64,000 bases of DNA. It comes from Candidatus Moanibacter sp. (GTDB lineage Bacteria; Verrucomicrobiota; Verrucomicrobiia; Opitutales; UBA2987). Where the stretch lies: contig CBDCEW010000081.1 in the NCBI GenBank assembly GCA_965215885.1, positions 1-64,000 on the forward strand, written 5' to 3'. The notes under the pieces are model-generated. The model did not search any database. It was not told the origin of the DNA and saw nothing but the letters and a program-made list of their open reading frames with translations. Shown piece by piece: positions 39,894 through 49,225 of this stretch; positions within the stretch are counted from its first letter, which is position 1, and every line of letters starts with the position of its first letter. Both the position numbers and the translations under genes were made by a program.

Positions 39894-40985
39894 TTGACTC
39901 ACGATCGTATGGGAATAGCGTTGGCGAGCGTGAATAGAGAGACTGAAGTAGGATTTGCTATTGTCGGGACAGGAAACATCTCCGGTATGCACGCTGACGC
40001 GATTTCCGGCGTGCCCGGCGCTGCGCTTCGCGCCGTGCATAATCGCGGGGAGAGCAAGGGGCGAAAATTTGCGGAAGAACAGAAGGTCGATTATGCTCCC
40101 TCCCTGGATGAGCTATTGAAACGCAACGATATTGACGTGGTCTGCGTTGCGACGCCCAGCGGCGCCCATGCGGATGTCGCTATTCCCGCTCTCCGCAGTG
40201 GTAAACATGTGCTCTGCGAAAAGCCGTTGGAAGTGACCCTTGAAAAGACAGACAGGATGATTAAGGAGGCGAACGAGTCAGACCGAATTTTAGCGGCGAT
40301 CTTCCAATCGAGGATGAATCCGCAGGCGAAGACTATCAAAGATGCCCTCTCTGAGGGTCGCTTTGGACGCCTGGCGTTGTGCAGCGCCTATATAAAATGG
40401 TGGCGCGACGACGCCTACTATCAAAGTGCGGACTGGCGGGGCACCTCGTCGTTGGACGGTGGCGGCGCGCTCATGAACCAGAGCATTCATTACGTGGATC
40501 TTCTGCAATGGCTCGTTGGTATGCCGGAGTCGGTTTCCGCCTACATTGCGACGCGAGCTCACGAAGGGCTCGAGGTTGAAGATGTCGCTTGCGCTAGTTT
40601 GCGTTTTGCAAATGGCGCATTGGGTGTCATTGAAGCGGCCACGGCGTGTTATCCGGGATACGAACGCAGAATTGAAATATGTGGTGACCGTGGGTCCGCT
40701 GTGCTGGAGGATAACAGTCTGGTTAAATGGGAATTCGCGGAGAAGCGTCCGGAGGACGACGATATCCTTCAATCTCAGAGCGATTTGCAGCTGGGAGGCG
40801 GGACATCGGATCCTATGTCGATCAGCAGCGATGGTCACCGTCTGCAGATTCTCGATTTGGTCGGTGCAATCAGAGAGGGTCGCAAGCCGGCGATTCCGGG
40901 GGAAGAGGGTAGGAACGCTGTTCAGTTGGTCGAAGCCATTTATGAATCGGCGAGAACCGGGAGGGTTGTGGATCTCGAACTCTAA
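39894..40985 (+). CDS. Gfo/Idh/MocA oxidoreductase
   Basis: GTGNIS, ATPSGAH, GKHVLCEKP, GGGALMNQSIHYVDL. Confidence 0.92.
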   Translation: MTHDRMGIALASVNRETEVGFAIVGTGNISGMHADAISGVPGAALRAVHNRGESKGRKFAEEQKVDYAPSLDELLKRNDIDVVCVATPSGAHADVAIPALRSGKHVLCEKPLEVTLEKTDRMIKEANESDRILAAIFQSRMNPQAKTIKDALSEGRFGRLALCSAYIKWWRDDAYYQSADWRGTSSLDGGGALMNQSIHYVDLLQWLVGMPESVSAYIATRAHEGLEVEDVACASLRFANGALGVIEAATACYPGYERRIEICGDRGSAVLEDNSLVKWEFAEKRPEDDDILQSQSDLQLGGGTSDPMSISSDGHRLQILDLVGAIREGRKPAIPGEEGRNAVQLVEAIYESARTGRVVDLEL

Positions 40986-41032
40986 AATTCCAAAGCACAT
41001 TTTCGGTTCAAACAGGTATGAATTTTGACTCG

Positions 41033-41120
41033 ACCCACCCCTAACCCCTCCCAGGAGGGGATCTTTACATTTTGGGGCTGGTTTATCAAGTTCCCCTCCT
41101 GGGAGGGGCAAGGGGTGGGT
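41033..41120. repeat. REP doublet, family ACCCACCCCTANCCCCTCCCAGGAGGGG
   Basis: Inverted arms between convergent genes; matches 14460-14549. Confidence 0.8.
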
Positions 41121-41169
41121 TTCTTCCAAGCCCGTTACAACCTTCACAAAACGTTAGTCAATCGCCACG

Positions 41170-42024
41170 CTACTTTCCAGTCCCGGGCACTGCGCCGGCA
41201 AACTTGCTGATCCATCCCTTTAGAGGGACGTCCTCCTCTTTCGGCGAGGTGTAGCCGAAACCTCCGGTTCCCGCACCGAGGAGCTGTTTCTGTATGGGGT
41301 CGCAGCGATCCATGAGGTGGGACACCGTCATGTTGTCCCTTGGTCGAAGCCAGCGGTAGCTGTAACCGTAAAACAGAACCTTGCGGGTCCGATGGGACCG
41401 ATTCGGCGAGCCGGTGTGCCAGATTCTCCGATCAAAAAATACTGCCGTACCGGCGGGGACTTGAACCTGGATCGCGCCTTCCGGATCAGCGGGAGGGTCG
41501 GTCGGGATTTCCAGATTGTTCTTCAAGTGACTTCCCGGGACGACCGAGAAATTACCGCAATCCGGGGTGGTAGTATCGGTGAGGAAAAAGCCGATCTTGA
41601 GGGAAACACGCGGTCGTGGGTCGCCCTCCAATTCCACATTGAGACGCCCGCTGTCCTGATGCCAGTTGCCCACCCGGGGCGCAGGATCGTCACTAGCGGC
41701 CGTTTGAGGCGGTGTGACGATCAGGTGCGAGTGATAGAGCTGGATATTCCATCCCAGAATTCCCCAGACCTTCGGGAAGGTTTTCGGCCAGTCGAGAAGA
41801 TCGAGGTAGGACTCTTCCCAGCCGATGAAGTCCAACAAATTGACGCGATCATTTGGTCCCACTTTGTGCTCCGATCGATAACGATCACAAGTGGCGTCGA
41901 CTGCGGCCGTCATCTTTTCGACCTTCTCAAGAGGGAGCGCTTCTCGGACGACAAAATAGCCCTCGTCTTCAAACTGAGTTCGTTCTTCCTCAGTCAGGCA
42001 ATACTTTGTGCACTCGCTGTCCAT
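41170..42024 (-). CDS. PhyH-family dioxygenase
   Basis: WHQD, VVPGSH, AGTAVFFDRRIWH.GSPNRS..TR. Confidence 0.9.
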   Translation of the reverse strand: MDSECTKYCLTEEERTQFEDEGYFVVREALPLEKVEKMTAAVDATCDRYRSEHKVGPNDRVNLLDFIGWEESYLDLLDWPKTFPKVWGILGWNIQLYHSHLIVTPPQTAASDDPAPRVGNWHQDSGRLNVELEGDPRPRVSLKIGFFLTDTTTPDCGNFSVVPGSHLKNNLEIPTDPPADPEGAIQVQVPAGTAVFFDRRIWHTGSPNRSHRTRKVLFYGYSYRWLRPRDNMTVSHLMDRCDPIQKQLLGAGTGGFGYTSPKEEDVPLKGWISKFAGAVPGTGK

Positions 42025-42109
42025 GGCTTTCGTTAAAATCCGCTTGGCGGAATCGCAATGAAAGTAGCGAGAGTATTTCGAAGCAAGAACGGATTGCTGC
42101 TTTCGAAAT

Positions 42110-42496
42110 TCACCAGACTACTGCGACAGGATATTTTCGGAATACACTGTCAGGGGATACGATCCTGATTCCCTCTTCGATTGATTGGGCAATAAGCAAT
42201 CTGTCGAATGGGTCCTGATGAACGAGATCCAGTTCGCTTGTTCTGTAGACGTGAATTTTCTCAATTTTCAGTTCCTTGAGAAACCAGTGAGCTTGTTGCT
42301 CTTCAATCCATATTCGTGGAGGAGAGAGTAAAGACAGTTTACCGCTCCGCCATTTTACGCAGATTTCCCAAGCAGAGACGTCGCTCAGAAATATCTGGTT
42401 CTCCTCGTTGTCGATCGCCTCAGCGGCCGTTTTACTCAACCTGTTCGGTTCACCGGCGAGCCAGATGAAAGTACACGTGTCGAGTAGCAGATTCAA
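42110..42496 (-). CDS. vapC: VapC PIN-domain toxin
   Basis: LLLDTCTFIW, SAWEI, HQDPFDRLLIAQ. Confidence 0.92.
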   Translation of the reverse strand: MNLLLDTCTFIWLAGEPNRLSKTAAEAIDNEENQIFLSDVSAWEICVKWRSGKLSLLSPPRIWIEEQQAHWFLKELKIEKIHVYRTSELDLVHQDPFDRLLIAQSIEEGIRIVSPDSVFRKYPVAVVW

Positions 42497-42497
42497 A

Positions 42498-42746
42498 TCA
42501 GTTAAGACCCCAATCCTCGAGTTCCTTGTCGCTCAATGGTTCGAAACAGTCCTTCGAGTAGGTTACCGTCCCACCCGTCAGTGTTCCAACTTTTGGTCGT
42601 CGGGGTTTTTCCTTCACTTTCTTCGCCGATACCAGCTTTGCGGCCGGTTCCTTACCGCGGCAGATGATAATCTCTTCTCCTCCTTCGACTTCCAATATCA
42701 GGCGCGAGAGATGGGTTTTTGCCTCATGTGTCGTGACCGATTTCAT
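42498..42746 (-). CDS. Phd/YefM-family antitoxin
   Basis: VTTHEAKTHLSRLI..VE.GEEIII.R...PAAKLV; immediately upstream of vapC. Confidence 0.9.
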   Translation of the reverse strand: MKSVTTHEAKTHLSRLILEVEGGEEIIICRGKEPAAKLVSAKKVKEKPRRPKVGTLTGGTVTYSKDCFEPLSDKELEDWGLN

Positions 42747-42930
42747 ATAAATGGTAAGAAGACCTCGAAACTAAACTTAGTCAAGACTTAGTTTCTAATG
42801 ATCGGCTTATAGAATGAGGTTGGAATGTAGGGTCTATGAAGTATTCCAGCCAATGGTTTGGCTTCGATTCCTTCGCTTTCAAGAATGCAGGCAATAGGGA
42901 GTATCGTGCCCATCATCTCTTCATTGTTAC

Positions 42931-45267
42931 TTATTCTTTAGCGATGGATCTATGCCCAACCAAGGATTTACCTGCGATTCCCTTGCCGTCAGAGGCGTAA
43001 GCAAGCGGGCATTTGGTGCCCATTTTTGTCTTTTGATCCTGCATCGTAATCTGTTCGATGGATCCGTGCCAGAAAGCAATGCGCTCCCGTTTCCAGGTGT
43101 AAGTGATTGCCATGCCGAGGGTAGTGGGAATGATCGTTGGATAGGAGAATTCACCGGGCTCGGTTTCAATATCGAGTCGGTATGGCCAGGTCTCTCCGTT
43201 GTTGAAGGATAGGGCAATGGACAGCGGTGTGCGCACCCCGCTTGTTTCGACGGGGTTGTGGACGAGAGCAAGAGCTCCGTCGTGGAGTTTTGCGATATCG
43301 ATTCCGCTGTTGTTGTTCGGGAGGTCAGTTTCGTAAAGCGGTTCCCAGGATTTGCCACTGTCGGTGGAATCGCTCCTCCAGATTCTGCCGCTCGTCGTTC
43401 TCACGAGCATGTGAACGTGGCCCGGATTCGATTCCCAGAGTGTCGGTTGAATGGCGCCCTTTCCCGAGCACTCGTCATGATTGAGAGCGATGAAATTGCC
43501 ACGATTCCAAGTGGCGCCATCGTCGTTGCTCCGGTCCACGAATACCTCCCATTGGCCATCGATGGTCGTCGAATTGGGAGCGATCCAGGTCCTATCCTCC
43601 AGTATGATCGGTTTATTCTTGGAAGGTCCCGGGGTGATCGCCTCAAGGGGCGCCAACTCATTCGGCTCACTCCAATATGCCCCGTCGTCGTCGCTTGTCA
43701 TAAACCACGTCCGCCATTTTCGGTGAGTCCCGAGCCCGACCTTGAAGTAGAGATGGACGTTGCCACTCGGCGTAGCGAATAGGACAGGATTCCAATGCGG
43801 TTCATTCTTCACTTTGGCCATCAATCGCGGCGCGCTCCAACGCCCTTGGTACCTCTCCGCCAGCCAGATACCGACGTCATTATCCCCCTCGCGCGTGCCC
43901 CCAAACCAGGCCGCAAGAATGCGGTTGTTGCGCAATTGGACGAGGGTTGAGGCGTGACATTGGGCAAAGGGACGATCGCAATCAAAGATGTGCTCTCGGA
44001 TGAGAAGCAGTTTTCGTTGATAGTCGCCGTAGTAGGAGAGGTCGAGCGACTGCCCATTTGCTTCAATCGTCGATTGAAGTATCCGGATGTTGATTCCCGG
44101 CAGGTCGGTGTCGTCCTCAAGGCATTGTCTGACTGCCGTTCCCGCGCCATATCCCATTGCCTGCACAATGGCCATGACCCTGAATGAACTCATCGCCAGC
44201 TGTTCGGCCGACGCCCCGCGACCCGGAACGAGGACGTTCTTTGCCCCTTTTGGGATGAGGGCGCGAAGGGGTATATGATAGGGTTCCACATTGTCGAAAA
44301 TGCCTTCTTTGGCGAAATGTTTCGTATCGCTGCGGTGGTAGTCGAAGTGATAAGTATTGATGGCAATGGCATCGTCAAAAACGACGGCATGGTGGGCTTC
44401 CTCGTTCGTGAGAACGTGCTCTCCGACAATCCTCCGTTCTTCCCTTACGCCGATCCCCCTGGAAACCGAAGCGAGAACGTGCCGGTCAAAAACCTGGCCG
44501 CGAAACCCTTGTGTCTGGAGGTAGTAGATCATCGCCACCATCCGCTGACGAGCGAAGATCTCGGCCTGTGAACGGCCGAATCCGTCGGCGGCGTCGAAAC
44601 CCGTGATCTTCATCTTTACCTCGACCTTTCCACTTTCAAAAACGTGGGTGTCCATCAGCGGTGTCTCCTCGAGTTTTGTCCAGCGAGGCAGTCCCGGCGG
44701 TAGAAACGGCTTTACCGGTTTCCCGGAATCCCAGAGCGTGAAATAGAGGCTCATGGGAAGGTGTTTGTTGGCGGCCTCGGTGACGACGGGGTAACCCAGG
44801 ATATGCGGCACTACACAGATGCCCGATGCATCGATAACAAAGCGCGGCCGGCACTTGTAGAGTGTGCTGGCTGTCGAAATGGTGAGTTCCGTGACCTGTC
44901 CATCTACTTCATATGCATCGATGACGCGGGAGTGGAGAAGGATTTCAATGTTCCTTTCCAATACCATCTCCTGCAGAAAGTAGGCGCACCATTCCAGATC
45001 GTAAGCGCGGCGGTCATCATTTGGATTGTAGTCACTGATAAAGTTGTGCTCCGACAAACGGTCGATCAATTCGCGAAACAGGTTATTCACCCGATTGGAG
45101 TCACCGCAAAATCCCGCTACACCGCCAGCAGTTCCCTGTCCACCGAGGACATTGCTCGGCTCGACGATGAGGACACGATTGTCATCAGTTTTGGCAGCCA
45201 TCGCCGCCATTAAGCCAGACATACCGGCACCCACGACGACGAGATCATACTCCTCAGGTAGGGACAT
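42931..45267 (-). CDS. FAD-dependent oxidoreductase fused to a C-terminal BNR/sialidase-like domain
   Basis: YDLVVVGAGMSG...PYHIPLRALI..., then CHASTLV, AWFGGTREG, WNPVLF and four Asp-boxes in one 778-aa frame. Confidence 0.85.
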   Translation of the reverse strand: MSLPEEYDLVVVGAGMSGLMAAMAAKTDDNRVLIVEPSNVLGGQGTAGGVAGFCGDSNRVNNLFRELIDRLSEHNFISDYNPNDDRRAYDLEWCAYFLQEMVLERNIEILLHSRVIDAYEVDGQVTELTISTASTLYKCRPRFVIDASGICVVPHILGYPVVTEAANKHLPMSLYFTLWDSGKPVKPFLPPGLPRWTKLEETPLMDTHVFESGKVEVKMKITGFDAADGFGRSQAEIFARQRMVAMIYYLQTQGFRGQVFDRHVLASVSRGIGVREERRIVGEHVLTNEEAHHAVVFDDAIAINTYHFDYHRSDTKHFAKEGIFDNVEPYHIPLRALIPKGAKNVLVPGRGASAEQLAMSSFRVMAIVQAMGYGAGTAVRQCLEDDTDLPGINIRILQSTIEANGQSLDLSYYGDYQRKLLLIREHIFDCDRPFAQCHASTLVQLRNNRILAAWFGGTREGDNDVGIWLAERYQGRWSAPRLMAKVKNEPHWNPVLFATPSGNVHLYFKVGLGTHRKWRTWFMTSDDDGAYWSEPNELAPLEAITPGPSKNKPIILEDRTWIAPNSTTIDGQWEVFVDRSNDDGATWNRGNFIALNHDECSGKGAIQPTLWESNPGHVHMLVRTTSGRIWRSDSTDSGKSWEPLYETDLPNNNSGIDIAKLHDGALALVHNPVETSGVRTPLSIALSFNNGETWPYRLDIETEPGEFSYPTIIPTTLGMAITYTWKRERIAFWHGSIEQITMQDQKTKMGTKCPLAYASDGKGIAGKSLVGHRSIAKE

Positions 45268-45393
45268 CGATCTCGATCTTCAGCTCACCGTCGCTACCCT
45301 TCAAGCATCAATTACCTGGCTCGACCACGTTCTTGTCCCGCCGAGCGGGACAAGAACGTGGGAGTTTTTCAGCAGAATCGGTTCCTCTATCTA

Positions 45394-47309
45394 GACCTTA
45401 TCCGAAAAGCTACTGATTGGCCGCAAAGAGGCGCAAAAGGCGCAAGAAAAACTTGAGAAAAATCATTTTTTGGCTTGATAAAAAGTGTCGCAACATGCTA
45501 GTGTTTAACAACCTAAGATTAAGAAAGGAGTTAAACATGCCAACATGTGCGACAGAGGAGAACAAAAGCGATAAGACGCCCCTTAGCAACCTCATTCTGC
45601 CGGTTCCAGACACGGATTTCCGTGATTTTCTGGATGAAGTTGAAGAATTGGCCGGGTTCGCGCCGCAAATCATCGAGGCGATCGAGAAGGATCTGGACGC
45701 CCATGCGCGTGAGAAGAAGAAACTTCGATTGGAAGATCGAAGGTTCTTTGAAGGGCGCACAGCGGAGCTGCCGGAGCTGGACATCGAGGAGGAGAATATT
45801 CTGGCTGCTGAATTGAATCTTGCGGCAGGCCGGCCGCGGATGCCGGCTTATGCGGTATACGTGTTCGTGATGATTCGTGGGTTTCTCGGTTCGTTGACCA
45901 CGAAACCGGCACGGCGGTTTCTGCGCGAGTCGATGAGCTTGTACGGATTTCTTCAGAGGCGGGGACTGAGGATGCCGGCGGTGACGACGATTCTGGAGAA
46001 CGTGAACCTGGTCAGCCATAGGACCCGCGAGCTGATCTTTGATAAACAGATTGGGTTTATCCTCCAGGAGCAATGGGACGATTTCGGGAAGCTGACGATC
46101 GACAGCACCTCGGTGAAAGCAAACAGCTGCTGGCCCACCGATGGGAGGATTCTGAGCGGTCTTTTGATGCGGGCCAATCGTTTGGGTCAGAAGTTGCATA
46201 TATTCGGGCTGGAGGATTTTCGCAAAGGATGGGTTGGGCGTTGGCTGCAGGAGATGGACAAGCTGGAGTTTCAGATTTGTCTGGCCGCGGGCAAACCGAA
46301 GTCGAAGGGCAAGCTGAAGAAACACTACCGGCGGTTGCTCAAGCGGGGCCGCAAGGCGGCCGACTCACTAACGGGGGAACTGAGCCATCTTGAAGAGGGC
46401 CTGTCGATGGATTCACTGCCTCCCACTCGCCGGGAGCTTCTGGAGCGGGCATTGAGCCAGATCAGGGGCGATATTGCCGACGCCAAGCGGGTTGTTGAGT
46501 ATGCTCATGATCGGGTGTTTCACGAAAAGAAGCTACCGTCCACACAGAAGGTCCTGAGCCTCTCGGACGGATCGGCGGCCTACATCAAGAAGGGCAGCCG
46601 CAATCCAGTGATCGGGTACAAGCCACAACTGGTTCGCAGCGAAAACGGTTTTGTCACCAGCCTGATCGTACCGCAAGGCAACGCGGCAGACTCCATTGAG
46701 CTGGCGCCGGCCATCGGCGATTCGATCAAGCGCACCGGTGTCATTGCTGAACTGGTCAGCACCGATGACGGATATGCTTCGGCGAAGGGACGCAAGGAGG
46801 TGCTGAGCATGGGGGTAAAGCAGATCAGTATCAGTGGGGCGAAGGGCAAGAAGTTGACCACCCCGAGGACTGGGAGAGCGAGGCGTATCGCGAGGCACGC
46901 CGCGATCGCTCCGCAGTGGAGTCGCTGATCTTCACGATTAAAGATGGATTTGCCTTTGGCGAACTCGGCCGCCGCGGCATCGATGCGGTAGGCGATGAAC
47001 TGCTCGAGAAGGTTCTGGCCTACAACTTCTGCCGCATCATACTGATGAAGAAACGCCGAGGGGAGGAACTGGAACAGGCAGCCTGAATCTGACCGCTTTG
47101 AAGCTCAGAGAAAAAAGCACCACGGGATGAGTATGCCTCCAGACAGCGGCAAATATACGTATTGTGCAGCAAGCCACGCCGATGGCCGCTCAATACCTGC
47201 TCATCGGCAGCGCCGGCAGCCTAAAACCCGAAACCTGCCAGCCATAGGCTGGTCCGCCCGTGGCGGAGAACCTTAAACCGCCCGCTCGAAAGGCTTTTCG
47301 AATGGGGTC
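45394..47309 (+). mobile_element. IS5/ISNCY-like insertion sequence
   Basis: TIRs GACCTTATCCGAAAAGC / GACCCCATTCGAAAAGC; direct repeat TATCTA (45388-45393, 47310-47315), or ATCT if the ends are one base longer. Confidence 0.85.
45537..47086 (+). pseudogene. DDE transposase with a frameshift near 46860
   Basis: SD AAGGAG before ATG 45537; IDSTSVKAN..WPTD and STDDGY in frame; catalytic RSAVESLIF only in the shifted frame ending at 47086. Confidence 0.8.
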
Positions 47310-47429
47310 TATCTAACGAGCGGGCTAATTCTTTGCCGTTCGTGTGTCAGTCGATGTCTTCCTCTCGGAAAATTGACAACTGCGCGATACTCCAGAAGAT
47401 ATTCTCAGTTTCCGAGATACTGAGTAACG

Positions 47430-48215
47430 ATGAAGTTTCGATCGATGACTACAGGCTCACCTCATTCCTTAAAGCCCGACGAATGCCTGCACTACCATGA
47501 GAATGGTGTGATTGGGCCCTATACATTGTGTGAACCGGAAGAGATGGCTGCCTACAGGAATCGAATTGAGGAGGAAGTATTGGCGATTCAGCCGTCCTTC
47601 AAGTCACTCGGTGCCACTCCGAACAGCCCGCGTCACTATCGACATTTGGACTGCCGCGTTGTGAATGATCTATGCGCTCACCCCGCTATTGTCGATCGTC
47701 TCGCTTCCCTGTTTGGTCCGAATTTGCTTCTCTGGAGAACATCGATTCTCCTAAAGGAAACGGGGGCGGACGAAGGTTTGCGCTTCCCCTGGCACCAGGA
47801 CGGTACTTACTTCAAGCTCGTTCCAGAAGCGAATGTATCGTTCTGGCTCGCGATCGATGAGGCGACCGAAGAAAATGGTTGCGTCCAACTGATTCCCGGA
47901 ACCCATACATTCATTTTACCTGAAGTCTCCAGTGCAGATGATGATTTTCTCGGGAAAAAATCGGACATCAAAGGGATTGATACCTCAAATCCTATCAAGA
48001 TGATTCTTCGGCCCGGTCAGTTCTTCATCTTCAGTAACCGCACCCTGCATTCTTCCCAGGCGAACCTCTCGGGAAAGAGACGAATGAGCCTGGTCGGGCG
48101 GGTAGTGCCGACGATCGTTAAGGTGGACCGTCCCTTTGAAAAGGAGGAGGGGGTTCTTCTGCTCTGCGGAAAGGACGAAATGGGTTTCAACCGCGTCGTC
48201 GATCCGCCGGCGTGA
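47430..48215 (+). CDS. PhyH-family dioxygenase
   Basis: PWHQD, WLAIDEATEENGC..LIPGTH, LHSSQANLSGKRR. Confidence 0.9.
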   Translation: MKFRSMTTGSPHSLKPDECLHYHENGVIGPYTLCEPEEMAAYRNRIEEEVLAIQPSFKSLGATPNSPRHYRHLDCRVVNDLCAHPAIVDRLASLFGPNLLLWRTSILLKETGADEGLRFPWHQDGTYFKLVPEANVSFWLAIDEATEENGCVQLIPGTHTFILPEVSSADDDFLGKKSDIKGIDTSNPIKMILRPGQFFIFSNRTLHSSQANLSGKRRMSLVGRVVPTIVKVDRPFEKEEGVLLLCGKDEMGFNRVVDPPA

Positions 48216-48277
48216 GAGTTGGGAATTTTCTCCAAGCAAGTGCATTGAAAGGTTTTGTTCTCTAGGAATCTATCGGC

Positions 48278-49132
48278 ATGCAGTTTGGAGTTAATGTGCC
48301 CAACTATGGGGTTCACGCATCTCTAGAGACGATGGTCCGGGTTGCTGAGGCAGCGGATGAACTGGGCTACGACATGCTCTGGGTGGCGGAACGCCTGGTG
48401 GTGCCCGATCCGGCGAACCAGGGTTGGAGCAAGAGGGATCCTACCGCTTATGAGCCTTTGGTCACTCTTGCCTTTCTGGCTTCGATGACGCGGAAAGTTA
48501 GGCTGGGAACGAACATTCTGATTGCGCCCTTTCGAAATCCTCTCGTGCTGGCGAGACAGGCGGCAAGCCTGGACAGGCTCTCAGGAGGACGTCTGATCCT
48601 CGGCCTGGGCCTGGGTTGGATGACAGAAGAGTTCCAAGCCGCCGGAATCGAATTCAAGGAGCGAGGCCTGCGCACCGATGAGACGATTGATCTTCTCCGG
48701 GAAGTATGGGAAAATCGTCGACCGAGTTATTCCGGACGGTTCGTTCAATTTCCACCCGTGCACTTCGAGCCAAAGCCGTTGCAAAAGAGGATCCCGATCT
48801 GGATCGGGGGTACGAGCGACGCTGCGCTCCGCAGAGTAGTGCGCCGGGGCGACGGCTGGACGCCCACCGGCTTGAGTTTGGAACAGCTGGAGGAAAGGAT
48901 CTGTTTCATCAAGGAGGAAGCCCGGTGCCGGCAGCGCGGGGTTGAAGAGATTACTCTATGTTGCGGCTGTCCGTTCGAAGGCGATGGACGCGGCGTCGCA
49001 GCGATGCGGGAAGCGTTGGAGACTTATCGGGGGCTCGGCATCAGTCACTTCCGGCCCGGCTTTAACTACGAAACCGTGGACGAATTGATCACGCAGATGC
49101 AAGTCTTTGCCGAAGAGTTCGTGCGAGCTTAA
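48278..49132 (+). CDS. LLM-class (luciferase-like, probably F420-dependent) oxidoreductase
   Basis: LGYDMLWVAER, LDRLSGGRLILGLGLGW, PKPLQKRIPIWIGG. Confidence 0.9.
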   Translation: MQFGVNVPNYGVHASLETMVRVAEAADELGYDMLWVAERLVVPDPANQGWSKRDPTAYEPLVTLAFLASMTRKVRLGTNILIAPFRNPLVLARQAASLDRLSGGRLILGLGLGWMTEEFQAAGIEFKERGLRTDETIDLLREVWENRRPSYSGRFVQFPPVHFEPKPLQKRIPIWIGGTSDAALRRVVRRGDGWTPTGLSLEQLEERICFIKEEARCRQRGVEEITLCCGCPFEGDGRGVAAMREALETYRGLGISHFRPGFNYETVDELITQMQVFAEEFVRA

Positions 49133-49225
49133 TTTCTTCCGGTTTCTTGTGAAACCGGCTACATTGATTAACGATTTTCGATTCCAGAGTAGCCGGATTC
49201 GCAAGAATCCGGGCAGTCCACTTCA

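Noticed and set aside
47430..48215. Non-haem iron halogenase
   Set aside because: All four PhyH proteins keep H-x-D; halogenases replace the Asp with Ala or Gly.
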